Assembly (NCBI RefSeq): GCF_964194155.1
Contig: NC_135890.1
Location: 97,154,001 to 97,218,000 of the forward strand
DNA: 64,000 nucleotides
Reading direction: 5' to 3'
From: Cetorhinus maximus
Taxonomy: Eukaryota
Positions 1 through 13,887 of the stretch are shown here, in pieces. The notes beneath the pieces are model-generated. The model was not told where the DNA came from. It ran no database searches and saw only the letters and a program-made list of their open reading frames with translations. Positions within the stretch are counted from its first letter, which is position 1. Every line of letters begins with the position of its first letter. Position numbers and translations under genes: made by a program.

Positions 1-689
1 ATAAGCTTTCCTTCTGTAGTCTTCCACCAGGGAATTTTCACGAGATGCACAATGAGTGCAGTTGACGTTCACATTAGTTAAAAATGTTCAACAGATTACT
101 GTTAAATGAATCCTTAGAGAGGGCATGGAGATTAAGGTTTGTAAAAGATTATTCCAGTCCTTAATTGACCTAGGAAAAAGGAGTTAGGAAAGGAAGCGCG
201 TTTGGGTGTATGCTCTTGTAGCAGTTGGTTATGAGCTCTTTGATCTCAGCCACTTTTGGGCTGAATGTACTACTTAGAAATATTTAATTATTCATTCAAA
301 ATTTTATAGAAGCGTGTCAACCTATGGGCTTTTCTTCAGTTCTGGAGTCTGCCGGCCTAACAACGTGACTAGCTGGGAGACACTAGAATCTCACAAGTAA
401 TTATTTTTAACAAAATGAGCTGCCCAGTGTTGAACTTTCTCAAGCAGGATAATATTTTTAGCATTATATGGGTCCCAGGCGGCTACGCCATACTTATAAG
501 TGTGGTCTAACCAATGTTTGGTACAGCATTTCCTTTACTGTACTTGAAGAGTGATGGAAGTTCTGTTTCATGAACCCAAGCATTTTGGATATGTTGGAGG
601 TTGTGTATTGACTTTGTACATTCCACTTTAAATTATTTTGGCTATGGGTTCCAAAGTGACAGCATACTTAGCTGTGGAAGAGTGAAAAG

Positions 690-1240
690 GTTTGGGTGTC
701 AATGTGTGCAAATTGCTGAAAGCTAGTGCATAGGTGTGAAAATCATAAATAACTGCTAATGGAATATAAAATGAGGAAGCGATGCTTCAGTTGTACAGAG
801 CCTTGGCCGGACCCATCTCGGATACTCTTGATTGTGAAGACTGGACATCGGGGAAGATATATAGGCTTTGAGCAGCATAGGTTCACCAGAATGATACTGG
901 GGTTTAAAGGATTAAATTATGATGATGCATAAACACGATTTTGTAGTCCCTCCAGTTTAAAGATTGACCTCTAATAGAAATCTTTAGAATGTTTAAGGGA
1001 TTCAATAGGGCAGGCACTTGATGAGGATTCCAGAATAAGGGGGCAAAATCTTAAAATTAAAGCTTGGCCAATTTAGGAAAGAAGTCAGGAAACACATTTT
1101 CACACAAAGGTTAGTGGAAACCTTCAACTTCCTTTCTTTCCAGAAGAGTGTGGACGCTGGCCCACTTGAAATTAAGACAGAGGTGAATAGATTTTTGTTA
1201 GCTATGGTGTATTAAGGGACATGGAACAATGGTAGATAGA
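690..1240 (+). mobile_element. Degenerate CR1 LINE 3' fragment
   Basis: Decayed similarity to the ORF2 3' ends of other CR1 copies here (FFTQR-V region). Confidence 0.6.
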
Positions 1241-2999
1241 GTTGTGCGTGTGTGTCTTTTAAATATAGGCTAGTGTGGAAAAGAGAAGCTGTGCTGATGA
1301 TTTTGAGAATATTTAATTGCACCTAATGGAAATTTTTCCCCACTGGGGATTCAGTTTTCATTTGTCCTTTATCATTTATCCTTTGCTGCGATAGAACTGT
1401 GCAAGTACTTTGCTTGGTTAGAGGACATTAGGTTATTGGTGTTCAGTATTGCGTATGTGATGAGAATAATATGTAGTTAGTAATTGAAATGTGATGGTGA
1501 GTGGGAGGGGAAGGGAAGAGGGAAAAAAGATACCAAGCTTGAGATTTGAAGGATAATCATGAGCATGAAAATAAATGACTACTTAAATTAGTTAATTAGT
1601 TGCATTTGTTTTATTCTCTTTTCTGCGCCCCATATTATATCTTACATTTTTCAAAATTGATCCGAGCTATAATCCCTGAACTACATAAATCAAAGAATGA
1701 CTTGGCACACAATTATTGAGTTATTTTGAAGAACTGGAAATTTAAACTCTTACCTGGTATCTCAAGTCATTGTCAGCTTGAGAAGGAGCAGCCTGTGTTG
1801 CTGGCATGAATGCTAATGCAGCAGTAGAAAAATATAATCAAAAGAATTGTAACTTTTAGAATAGGAATATCAATTACTCTAAGTGATCACAAATTCAGAG
1901 TAGATATAAATTTAAGTACCTGTCTTTGTGAAGTACTTGAAGAATGTTGAATTGATATTGATAAGCTTCATCTTTAAGGATTTAGATGAATTGAGTCTAA
2001 CCTGCATTTCCTAGTTACTTCAACCTCTTTAAGTATATTGCCCCTTGGATTCCCCTTCCCCATTTTCTCTTCTTTTAGTCTTTCCAAGCTGCCTTTTTGC
2101 GAGGGAGAGACTCTCCCTCTGCTTGGTGCTTCCTATAGTGGTGGTGCTAGCATTGAAGGCTGGGATGAATTAAGCATCAAACTTTCCTCGCTCCACTTTG
2201 TGCCGTTAATGACAAGTAAAACAGGATAAAAAGCAGGAGGCAAACAAAAGTGACAAGCACCAGAGAAACACAAAAAAGCTCAATAAGAGTATGGACCCAA
2301 GGAGACCAACTACCTGTCTGCTCCCTAACCTGCACTTCTAGATAGCGAGCTGTGTAGCTTTTTTTTTCTACTTGAATTTGACTTTCTGGGAATTATCCAA
2401 GTGAACGGCGGTTATGTTTAATAGAGATGGCTGGGTCAAATGTAACCAGACTGCATTATTTTCCAAGTTTATAGCACCACTTGTTAAGATTTTTGTTTCA
2501 CGTCAGCGTTTGAAGCTTTTGACTCCTGGTCCGGTAACAGTGTGTTTAGGCTTGTTTGAACCATTCATTGGTCAGTTATCCTGAGTGAAAGTTTGGCATA
2601 TCATCTGGAGTTAGACCTTGCCCTTTTCCCCTTTGCAACCATTGAATTTTCTTTCAAAGTTGCAGAGGTGAAGCTGTTATATTCCCTCCTTTTCTGTCCT
2701 CCATCTTACCCCATCTGATGGATTTGTGGGAATTGAGTGAAGATTGATGAGCTTATAATTTAAAATCAGCTTCTGTTTTGAGGCACTGTTCAGATGTCAA
2801 AGCTTTGTTGAGCAAGCAAGTAGATTTATATTGCACGTATTCCATTTTGATGTGTTTTTCTTGTGTCCCTCAAGTGATTGATTTGATTAAAGTTTCTACC
2901 CACACGATGTCAGTACAAGTATAACAAAAAGATAAAAGAACTTCAGTCAAGTGTACTTGTTTACCCCGGTGTATAAATACACAAGATAATGTAAAATAT

Positions 3000-3190
3000 A
3001 GCAACTTGCAATTATATAATGTCTTTAACCTAATGAAACGTCGGAAGTTGTTTCACAGGACTGTAATCAAACAAAATTTGACACCAAGCCAGGTAAGATG
3101 TTTGGACAACTGACCAAAAATTTGGCAAGGAGGTAAATTTTGCAGGGCATCTTAGAGAAGAGGTGCAGAGTTTTGGTGATGGAATTCCAG
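3000..3190 (-). mobile_element. L2 LINE 3' end fragment
   Basis: Reverse complement resembles the L2 3' end at about 49380-49545. Confidence 0.55.
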
Positions 3191-3499
3191 ATAGTATTGT
3201 TTCCGCCTGACAGGGCCGTTGGTCTATTTAGCCTGCTCTTTCAAATTCCTCATCTGTCTCCTGGCCTTGATTCTGTACCTAATGTTTCCTTTCCTAATAA
3301 GTGAATTCATTTCTTTTAAAAAAGAAAACTGCCCTGACATTTTGTCCACAAACTCCAATGGTAATCTGTTCTGTACTTCTATCTCCCCATTACTAAAAAT
3401 CAAAATTGCCTAAACTTCCCAGTATTTTTTGGCACTCTTGACTGTACATTGTAGCCCCCACACCCCACCCCTCCCCAACCCTGTCATTTTTTTGTTATT

Positions 3500-3605
3500 C
3501 AACACAGGATGTGGGCGTCGATAACTAGGCCAGCATTTATTGCCCATCCCTAATTGCTCTTGAGAAGGTGGTGGTGAGCTTCCCTGTTGAACCGCTGCAG
3601 TCATT
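3500..3605 (-). mobile_element. 3' tip of the CR1/Zenon-like LINE family
   Basis: ggatgtgggcgtc...cagcatttattgcccatccctaattgc is shared with the copies at 5135, 6665 and 58760. Confidence 0.7.
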
Positions 3606-3799
3606 GCAACTGACTGAACTTTTCTGGATCCAACTTTTTAGTCGTCTTTCAGGTTTATTTTCTTTAGTGAGTGAAATCCTGCCGTGGATGGTTTTTCGTC
3701 AGTGCCAAGCCCTCTAAACTCATTAATTTACTTGCATTGGGTTCCGCAAATAATTCTGTATCTATCCTGTAATAGAGGCCTCACCCAAGTCAAGTCAAG

Positions 3800-4610
3800 A
3801 CTGAAGCAGTCCATGTCCAAATGCAGCAAGACCTGGGCAATATCCAGACTTGGGCTGACAAGTATCAAGTAACATTCGCACCACACAAGTGTCAGGCAAC
3901 GACCATCTCCATCAGAGAATCTAACTATCGCCCCTTGATATTGAATGGCATTACCATCACTGAATCCCCCACTACCAACACCCTGGGGCTTACCATTGAC
4001 CAGAAACTGAACAAGACTAGCCATATAAATACTGTGGCTACAAGAGTAGGTCAGAGGCTAGGAATGATGCGACGAGTAACTCACCTCCTGACTCCCCAAA
4101 GCCTGTCCATTATCTACAAGGCACAAATCAGGGGTGTGATGGAATACTCCCCACCTGCCTGGATGAGTGCAGCTCTCACAACAATCGAGAAGCTCAATGC
4201 CATCCAGGACAAAGCAGCCAGCTTGATTGGCACCACATCCACAAACATTCACTCCCTCCACCACAGACACACAGTAGTAGCAGTGTGTGCCATCTACAGG
4301 ATGCACTGCAGGAATTCACCAAGGCTCCTTCAACACACCTTCCAAACTCACGACCACTACCATCTAGAAGGACAGAGGCAGCAGATACATGGGAACACCA
4401 CCACCTGGAAGTTCCCCTTCAAGTCACTCACCATCCTGACTTGGAAATATATCGCCGTTCTTTCACTGTCGCTGGGTCAAACTCCCTTCCAAACAGCACT
4501 GTGCTGCGGTTACAGAAGGCAGCTTACCATCATTTCAAGGGCAATTAGAGATGGCAATAAATGCTGGCTCAGCCAGTACAGCCCACATCCCAGGAATGAA
4601 TTAAAAAAAG
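3800..4610 (+). mobile_element. 5'-truncated non-LTR retrotransposon (CR1/Jockey group, Zenon-like), RT C-terminus
   Basis: ORF 3821-4630: QQDL..IQ.WADK.QVTFAPHKCQ and YKAQIRGVMEYS; A-rich 3' end. Confidence 0.85.
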
Positions 4611-5124
4611 CACAACTTGAAAAATCTTGAAAGTCAAATGCTATTTTTGCTTTATTCGTTAAAACCACAGTTTGGTGTTCATAGTTAATGACCTATGCAG
4701 TTTTTAAAAAAAAAAATTCAATATTCTATCCTGGTCTGTTGTCTTAAGCATTGCCATGTAATATGTAGTGCACATTCTGGCGGCTTCTACCCAATCTGAC
4801 TTAAAACAATCAGTGCTGAACTCCGTTTGCAACCTCGGCTCTGCCCGTTGACTTAGTTGGTCCAGATCCCTTTTGTATTAATGCCACAAACAGCATTCCT
4901 CATGACTGCAGTCCACGAGAACACTCATCAGGTACAATTTTCATCAAATCTTTTCAAATTCCTTGTATGGTAATAGTAGAGTCGTCTGAGTGCTTATTTA
5001 AGCTCAAACAGCTGTTTCCCTTTTATACATGCTGAAAAAAAAATCCCTCTATAAACAAACATTGCTCTGGCAACTGAACTGCCATCAATAAAGCAACCCA
5101 AACTGGTCAATTAAAATTATCTTT

Positions 5125-6062
5125 TTAATTCATTTATGGGATGTGGGCATCGCTGGTTAGGTAGCACTTATTGCCCATCCCTAATTGCCCTTGAGAAGGT
5201 GATGAGCTTGAACTGCTGTAGTCCGTGTGGTGTGGGTACATATGTTAGGGAGGGAGATCCAGGATTTTGACCCAGCGACAGTGAAGGAACGGTGAGGTAT
5301 TTCCAAGTCAGGATGGTGATTGGCTTGGAGGGGAACTTCCAGTTGGTGGTGTTCCCATGTGTCTGCTGCTCTTGTCCTTCTAGGTGGTAGTAGTCATAGA
5401 TTTGGAAAGTGCTGCCTAAGAAGCCTTGGTGAGTTCCAACAGTGCATCTTGTAGATGGCACTCGCTGCTGCCACTGTGCATTGGTGATGGAAGGAGTGAA
5501 TGTTTGTGCATGGGGTGCCAATCAAGCAGGTTGCTATGTCCTGAATGGTGTCAAGCTTCTTGTGTTGTCAGGCAAGTGGAGAGTGTTCCATCACTCTCCT
5601 GACTTGTGCCCTGTAGATGGTGGACAGGCTTTGGGGAGCGGGGAGGTTGAGTTACTCGCCGCAGGATTCCTAGCCTCTGACCTGCTCTTGTAGCTGCCCA
5701 GTTCAGTTTCTGGTCAATGGTAACCCCCAGGATGTTGATATTGAAGGCTTAAGCGATGGTAATGCCATTGAATGTCATGGGGCAATGGTTAGATTCTCTC
5801 TTGTTGGGGATGGTCATTGTCTGGCACTTGTGTGATGCAAATGTTACTTGCCACTTGGCAGCCCAAGCCTGGATATTGTCCAGGTCTTGCTGAATTTGGA
5901 CATGGGCTGCTTCAGTACTTGAGGATTTTAGAATGGTGCTGACTATTGTGCAATCATTGGTGAACATCCCCATTTCTGACTTTATGATGGAAGGAACGTC
6001 ATTGATGAGGCAGCTGAAGATGGTTGGGTCTGAGACACTACCCTGAGGAATCCCTACAGATG
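5125..6062 (-). mobile_element. 5'-truncated copy of the same LINE family, frameshifted
   Basis: ORF 5749-6069 GIPQGSV..PTIFSCLIND...FTNDCT (RT core); 3' end matches 4300-4610. Confidence 0.85.
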
Positions 6063-6659
6063 TAACCAATTTTTAAAATAATTTTGTACTTTGCCCCTGC
6101 TATGATAAGGACGTTACTATATTATCTCAATTTGGAATAAATCTACCACATCTTTTTTAACTTGTATTTAATAGCTTATTCTAAACTGTTAATATGCCTG
6201 TATTTGTGTTTGTGCCTTGGGCAGACTATAAAGAAAACTGTGAGCCCATTGATGCTGTATTTGTCTGGTGGATTACCTTGGCCTTTGGGCTGACGGTCAA
6301 AAAAAAATAGTTTTTATTAAAAAAATAGTTAGGTCCCTCGTGTTTGATATGCTTCTGTGTCCTTATGGTAGAACTGACTTCACAACATTATAAAGACTTA
6401 CTTTATTTATAAACTGTACAAGAATAATGTGCACTTAAAAGTTTTTCCATTATTAGCACTTATATAAGTGGAAGATCCTGTTTGGAAGGAAGGCAGAACG
6501 GATCCTGCTCTTAAATTTAAATGTATGTATATATCACCACCGCCCCCCACCCCCATGTAATTATGCACTCTTGCTTTGTCTTGGGAAATATCCTTCATTC
6601 CTTTCTCCTGACCTAAATGGCAGATTTAACGTGTGAATCATACAATATTATTTTTCCTG

Positions 6660-8225
6660 TTCTTTCATGGGATGTGGGCATTGCTGGCAAGGCCACTATT
6701 TTGTTGCCCATCCCTAATTGCCCTTAAGGAGGTGGTGGTGAGCTGCTACCTTGAACTGGTGCAGGTACACCCATTGTAACGAGGTGTCAGCTGTGGCTCA
6801 GTTCATAGCACCCTCGCCTTTGAATCAGAAGGTTGTGGGTTCATGTCCCACCCCTGGAAACCAAGAACTGTGAATGTACTCAAAAGAGTTACATGTGATC
6901 TGTTGATAACTCGAAAGAGTTACACCCATTGTGCTGCTAGGAAGGGAGCTGCAGGATTTTGATCCAGTGACAGTGAAGGAATGGCAATATATTTCCAAGT
7001 CAGGTTGGCGAGTGGCTTGGATGGGAACTTCCAGGTGGTGGTGTTCCCACACATCTGCTGCCTTTGTCCTTCTAGGTGGTAGAGGTCATAGGATTGGAAG
7101 GTCTTGTTGAAAGAGCCTTGGTGTGTTGCTGCAGCGCATCTTGTAGATGATACACACTGCTGCCACTGTGTGCCGGTCAGGGAGGGGGTGAATGTTGAAG
7201 GTGGATGGGGTGCCAATCAAGTGGGCTGCTTTGTCCTGGATGGTTTTGAGCTTCTTGATTGTTGTTGGAGCTGCACTCACCCAGGCAAGTGAAGAGTATT
7301 CCATCACACTACTGACTTGTGCCTTGTAAATCGTGGACAGGCTCTGGGGAATCAGGAGGTGAGTTTCTTGTAGCAGAATTCCCAGCCTCTGACCTGCTCT
7401 TGTAGCCACAGTATTTATATGGCTAGCCCAGTTCAGCTCCTGGTCAATGATAGCCCCCAGGATGTTGATAGTGGGGGATTCAATGATGGTAATGCCATTG
7501 ACTGTCAAGGGGAGATGGTTGTATTCTCTCTTGTTGGGGATGGTCATTGACTGGCATTTGTGTGCCATGAATGTTACTTGCCATTTATCAGCCCAAACCT
7601 GAATGTTGTCCAGGTCTTGCTGCAAATGGGCACAGACTGCTTCAGTTTCTGAGGAATCATGGATGGTGCTGAACATTGTGCAATCATCAGTGAACACCCC
7701 CACTTCTGACCTTATGATGGAGGGTAGGTCATTGATGAAGCAGCTGAAGACCCTACCCTGAGGAACTCTTGCAGTGATGTCTGGGGCTAAGATGGTTGAC
7801 CTCCTACAACCCAACCATCTTCCTTTGTGCTGGATATGACTTCAACCAGCGAGAGAGTTTTCCCCCAATTCCCATTGACTTCAGTTTTGCTAGGGTTCTT
7901 TGATGCTACGCTTGGTCAGATGCTGCCTTGATGTCAAGGGCAGTCACTCTTACCTCACCTCTGGAGTTCAGCTCTTTAGTCCATGTTTGGATCAAGGGGT
8001 GAGAAGCTGAGTGACCCTGGCAGAACCCAAATTAAGCATCAGTGAGCAGGTTATTGCTGTGTAGTATCTGCTTGGTAGTACTGCTGATGACCCTTTCCAT
8101 CACTTTGCTGATAATTGAGAGTAGCCTGATCGGGCAGTGATTGGCGAGGTTGGATTTCTCCTGCTTTTTATGGACAGGACATACCTGGGTATTTTCCACA
8201 TTGCCAGGTACATGTCACTGTTGCA
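6660..8225 (-). mobile_element. Third copy of the same LINE family, interrupted by a short insertion
   Basis: ORF 7086-7814 VPQG..FINDLP..FTDDCT..YKAQVSSVMEYS. Confidence 0.85.
6778..6920 (+). mobile_element. 143-bp tRNA-head (SINE-like) insertion with 12-bp TSD
   Basis: A-box-like gtggctcagttcatag and B-box-like ggttcatgtccc; TACACCCATTGT at 6766-6777 and 6921-6932. Confidence 0.7.
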
Positions 8226-9107
8226 AATGGCTCGGGCTGCCCCCCACCCCCCGCAGGATGTTGATGGTGGGAGATTCAGAAATGCTAATACCATTGAGTA
8301 TACACACAAAAGGAGGCCATTTAGCCTAGTGAGCACCAGCTCCTTTGAAGAACAATCCAGTTAGTTCTGCTCCCCTGTTCTTTCCCAATATCCCTGCATT
8401 TTTATCCAAGTATTTATCAGCATTTCTTTTGAAAGCTACTGTTAAATTTAGGGCAGTGAATTCTAAATCCTAACCATTTGTTGCATTGCAAAAGAGATTT
8501 TCATTTTATTTTTGCCTTTTCATGACTTTAATAATGATGTAGGAAAAGGTTTTGAGTATTTTCTGCTGAATTGTAAGGCTTGTAAAATTCCTGTTCCTGC
8601 GCTCTGAGTGGGTTAGGTTGTTTCTAGTCGACACGTATTTTGGTTTTTGGTATTTTCCAGCAGTAGGAACGTTTTGTGTCAGATGTTTCTGATCCTGAAT
8701 GACATAATTAACTATTTTTGCTACCTCTGATATTGAACAACTTCCAAAGCTTTGAAGCTTATTCCAAGAGCTCAATATGGGCATTTTGCCCAACAGTGGT
8801 TCACCTCCCAGATTCTGACAAGTGCAGTATGCTTGAAACGTTTACTGATGTGCACATAAGAGAGAGTCTTGTTGCTCAGAGAAATAAAGTTTCAAGGATT
8901 TACTGGCTGAATAATGTACTTCACCCAACTTGGGTATTTGGAGAGAGGGCATTATATGTTTTGCATGATCTTGGGGCCACTTCCATATTTTTCAAAATTT
9001 GCTATCTTAATCTGTCGAGCTCTGAAGTTGACTGATACTTTGTGAGATGCTGGTACAAGCATCTGGACGACTAACCAACATGAAAGTGGAATTATCAACT
9101 CATGAGC

Positions 9108-10195
9108 ACAGAATCACAGAACTGTTAGGGTGCAGAAGGAGGCCATTCAGTCCACCGTGTCTGGACTGGCTCTCCAAATGAGCATATGACTTAGTGTCAT
9201 TCTCCTGCTTTTTCCCCATACCCTTGCACATTGTTTCCATTCAAGTAATAATCTATTGCCCTCTTGAATGCCTCAAATGAACCTGCCTCCGCCACACTTC
9301 CAGGCAGTGCATTCCAGACTCGAACCACTCGCTGTGTGCAAAGGTTTTTTCTCACATCACATTTGCTTCTTTTGCAAATCACTTTAAATTTGTGCCCTCT
9401 CATTCTCGACCCCTTGACGAGCGGGAACAGTTTCTCCCTATCTACTCTATCCAGCCCCCTCGTGATTTTGAACACCTCTATCAAATCTCCTCTTAGCCTT
9501 CTCTCCAAGGAGAAGAGTCCCAACTTCTTCAACCTATCTCAATAACTCAAGTTTCTCATCCCTGGAACCATTCTTGTAAACCTCTTCTGCACTCTCTCTA
9601 ATGTGATCACATCCTTCTTATAGTGTGGCGCCCAGAACTGTACACAATACTCCAGCTGAGGTCTAACTAGTACAAAAGCCCAGCATAACCTTCCTGCTCC
9701 TGTACTCTTATGCCCCTATTAATAAAGCCCAGGATACTGTATGCTTTATTAACTGCTCTCTCCACCTGTCCTGCCACCTTCAATGATCTATGCACATATA
9801 CACTCAGGTCTTTCTGCTCCTGCACATCTTTAAGAATTGTACCCCTTATTTTATATTGTCTCTCCATGTCTTTCCTACCAAAATGAATCAACTCTCACTT
9901 CTCTGCATTGAACTTTATCTGCCACCCATCTGCCCATTCCACCAACCTGCCCATGTCCTTCTGAAGTTCTACACTGTCCTCCTCTCAGTTTACAATGCTT
10001 CCAAGTTTTGTATCATCCGCAAACTTTGAAATTGCCCCCTGCACACCAAGATCAAGATCATTAATATATATCAGGAAAAGCATGGATCCCAATACCGACC
10101 CCTGGGGAACTCCGCTACAAACCTTCCTCCAACCTGAAAAATATCCATTGACCTTTACCCTCTATTTCCTATTACTCAGCCAATTTTATATTCAG
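9108..10195 (-). mobile_element. 5'-truncated vertebrate-type CR1 LINE
   Basis: [17 protein letters not shown] and LFSLERRLRGDLIEVFKI in broken frames; TTCTGTGATTCTG tail. Confidence 0.88.
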
Positions 10196-11247
10196 ATCCT
10201 GGTAACATTTCCGCATTAGAGCCATTCAAGAATATGATCCCCTGGGCCTTCCCAGCGGAGCTTTGGTCAACATCTGGAATTTATTATCTTCCTCTTCATC
10301 GCAGCAGATCATCCCTCAAGGACCCATGTATCTGGAAACTTCTGAGTGTATTAGCTTCAAGTCTGTGAAGATGCTTGTTGCAACTTTTTGGATCTGAAAC
10401 CTGATTTTAAATTGTGCTGTGGCAGTTTGGTCCAGAAGGTTGGGGCATCAGTATCTCTGTTTGCAATAGATTTCGGCATCTCACTACATAGCCCTCGTCG
10501 GCTTCTGTCCTCCATGTGTTCTGACACAACTGCCCTTGGCCCAATGCTCGTTTAAATCAAGAATGGCTTCAATTCTCCGGTATTGATCCCTGTTCTTCAA
10601 AACTACTGTTTACTTCGCTGTCTGAAAAGTTGATGCTTGATCCATCTGCTCTTTACAATTACAACCACTTCCTGCACCTCCTTTTCCCCTAGCTCTTGAT
10701 TGTTATTGCCACATGGCTTTGCACTGGCCTTTCCCATTATTCCTTATTTTGAATCTCTTTGATCCGGTTAGAGATCTCGCTCCTTCCCTTTTGAGTGCAA
10801 CCCCCACCGGGCACCATGCGGGGAAAAGAAAATCAAGTGTAGTGTAAAATGTGCTGTTTTGGAGAACCATGCAAGATGAAAGAGACCCCGCCCACCAATA
10901 AACTGCTGCCACATGCCACAAAGATGTTCAACTTGGTTCATAGATCATACCAAAACAAGGCATCAATATCCAGCAGCAGTTCCTCTGAAACCGACTGTAG
11001 CGATTCTATTAAATCGAGACCCTGTCAATGGCAGGACATTTAACTTAACTGCCTTAGCCAAAGCCTTCCATCTCCCAAGCACTTTCATTCCTTCCTGCTG
11101 TTTTGGTGTTTATCATGGATTTCTTGTGCTGACGACGACTGCTTTCACCTTGCCATGCAGAGTTTGATGCACCAGATGGCAACGTAGAACCAGCTTCACT
11201 TTATTGTGACCATGTGAGGGACTGAAGACCAATTTGGCTGGTTCATA

Positions 11248-11853
11248 GGGCAGGAATTTGGGTTTGGGTTTGGGACCCTGATGATGGACAAATGGGGGTC
11301 GTGGCCCTGCACGGTGTGGGCAAACAGTCACCTGGCAGTGATTTTTCCTGAATTAGCCAATTAGAAGGTGAGCTCCTCGTCTAAGGATGGAAGGCGGGCT
11401 CTCAAAACTGGAGGGCCAGTTGAAGGAGTAACAGGACTTAGCAGTTCAGGTGAGAGCAAGACAGAGGGTGCCCCCGCTCCACCTTCCTAAACTTTTTAAT
11501 TAAAATAATGAGCAGCAACACTGCCAAAGGGCGACCTGTGGCTGAGGCTCTGCTCAGGCAGGTGGGGAGGGCCTCAAAGCCTACTTGGAATGCTGCCCCC
11601 TCCCTGTGGTCTGCCACCAGGAGGCCTCCTCCAGGCAGCGCACCTCGTCCACGATGCTCTGGGGGAATCCACAGCCTGACTGGAAAGCCCCAGTTAACCT
11701 CTGGCAATAGGCTTTAATTGAGTTTTAACTCTACTTAATTGACTACCTGCCACTTGTGGACAGGTTGCCCTTTTGACCCCCATCCTGCTTCCAGGAAGAT
11801 GGTGCCAGGAAACTGGCACGCTGTCCGGCCCAAGTGAATTTTTGCACCTGCCA
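11248..11853. mobile_element. GC-rich non-autonomous DNA element (Harbinger-like MITE)
   Basis: Ends GGGCAGG / CCTGCCA with ATA on both sides; GC-rich island; termini resemble those of 55291-55945. Confidence 0.5.
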
Positions 11854-13887
11854 ATAGAAATAAGAGTTAAGACATTTCTCCACTCATCTTTTCCAGGCAT
11901 AGATATATTAGCCTGTGTTACTGTGGACCTGTCATCTGACCGTAGTGGTGAAAATGAACATGTACAGCACTTTGTTGCTCCATTGCTTAAGCAGGTGTTA
12001 GTGTGGTGTGACATCCCTTGTCTTAGTGACTGTAGACAGCTTGTCCATGTAGGGAAATGGCATAGCCTAGCAGCAGGGTGCATCTTTGGGTCTGGAATCC
12101 AGGCAGTCATCCAATGACATTTGTGTGTCCTGGTGAATATCTTTGTCACCAGAGACATTGCCGGAAGCATTTGGCTAGTTGGGTCCCTCTGTGTGTCATT
12201 GCAAGTAATTGCAAACTATGTGCTATCTTGGTAATTGACTGACAGAAAAGTGTACAAAAATAGCAGCAGTTTATTGCGTCAATGTAGATAATACGGCATT
12301 TGTGAAGCTGAGATCAAATCAATGAGGAAAAATTGATCAAAAAACCACAAGGGGATTGTATTAAAGTGTTGGGGGATGGGAGGTTGTTAAAAGTATCCTT
12401 GACAAATTAAATTGTGGAGGGATTAAAGATCTCTACAAAAGTAAATCTGAATAACACAGTAGCAACTTTCAGCTTTTGTATGTTTAATTAGATAGATTAA
12501 GGTTTGCCTTGATGAAAGAAGCAGATTTGGAATCTCATTGTTGGGATTCACAGAATACCTGACCTGTTGTTTCAAATAGATCTGATACCTCAGCAGGGAT
12601 TTATTTGTAGCACAGTGAGTGCTAAACAAAATGTCAGGGTACTAAAATACAAAAATACTGCAACAGTGATGCAGAAGACTACATTTTCTTGTACAGTATT
12701 CAAATCTGAAGATGATATGGTGGTGGCAGATCAGCACCGTGTGGAATTGAAAGTTTCAATTTGGAAACATTACTTTTGGAGAATTATTGAGTGAGCAAAG
12801 ACTATCCCCGTGTTCTTTTGAATATTTCCTCAGACATAGAAACAATTTCTTTGTTGGAATGGGTTGGCTGCAATTTATTACCACCAAAAAGATTGGAATA
12901 CAATATTTCGTTGTAAATTAACTGCACTTTTCTTGGATTGATGAGGAATGTGGGTTTCCATTTCCCCATTTTCCTCAGAATTTTGTTCAAATCGATTGTT
13001 GTGCCTTTTATTCATTTGCAGCCACCACCCCCTGCCCCCGCTTTTTCAACTAAAGATCCTGGGACAATTTCTGTGCATTTAATTAGAGCCTTGGTCACAA
13101 GTTATGTGCTAGTGCAGTGTGTCACAATTTGTCACAGACTACTCTCACAGAGCAGTAGTTTGCAAGTTCATGTTTTCCATTCATAATCTATTTCAAGGAC
13201 AGTAAGCTCAGGAAGGGAAAATTAGTGGTTGGAACCTCATAGTTGCCTCAATCATTCAAAGCTGGAGAAACCAGTAAAACCGGTTGTATCCAAGAATTAT
13301 GGCCTTCATCTCTCAAAGTTGTGTTCAGCAGCACTGTTGTTGATGGTGTAAGAACTGCACATCTGTACTTGATGCCCCCACTCCCCCCCTCATCCAGGTT
13401 TTTCAGACTTGGCTGGCTGGATGAGCCTTCATGTAATTTGAAGATGTGGACAGACAACGATCACTTTACAGAGGAGCTGCTCCAGATTGTTTCCCCCATG
13501 TCGCTAATGTTGCCTTATTGGATGCAACTCCTCCTTGAGTGCTTCCATGCCTTTTAAAATGCTTTTACAATTCTTGTATGGCATAACCTACAACTAGCAA
13601 ACATTCTGTTTTCAGATCTTTCCCCTAGGTTCAATTGTGCACTTTAATGATACCCAAATGATAAAATTTCCCCCTTCAGCACAATACTTGAAGTCAATTT
13701 TTATTTTTGTTGGATGCATTTGATTTGTTTGTTCGCTTGCTACTGGACTGCTCTGTACTGTTCCCTTCTCTATTCTCCTTGCAGACATTCGCTGCTCCTC
13801 TCTCCCCCAGACTCTCAGCTGATGCACCACAATGCATCCTTAGTCAGCAACAGCCAGCAGCAGGAACAATAAAGTATGAGCAATGGG

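Noticed and set aside
10200-11240. Possible decayed LTR/Gypsy integrase remnant on the - strand
   Set aside because: Only faint motif hints; no LTRs or convincing reading frame
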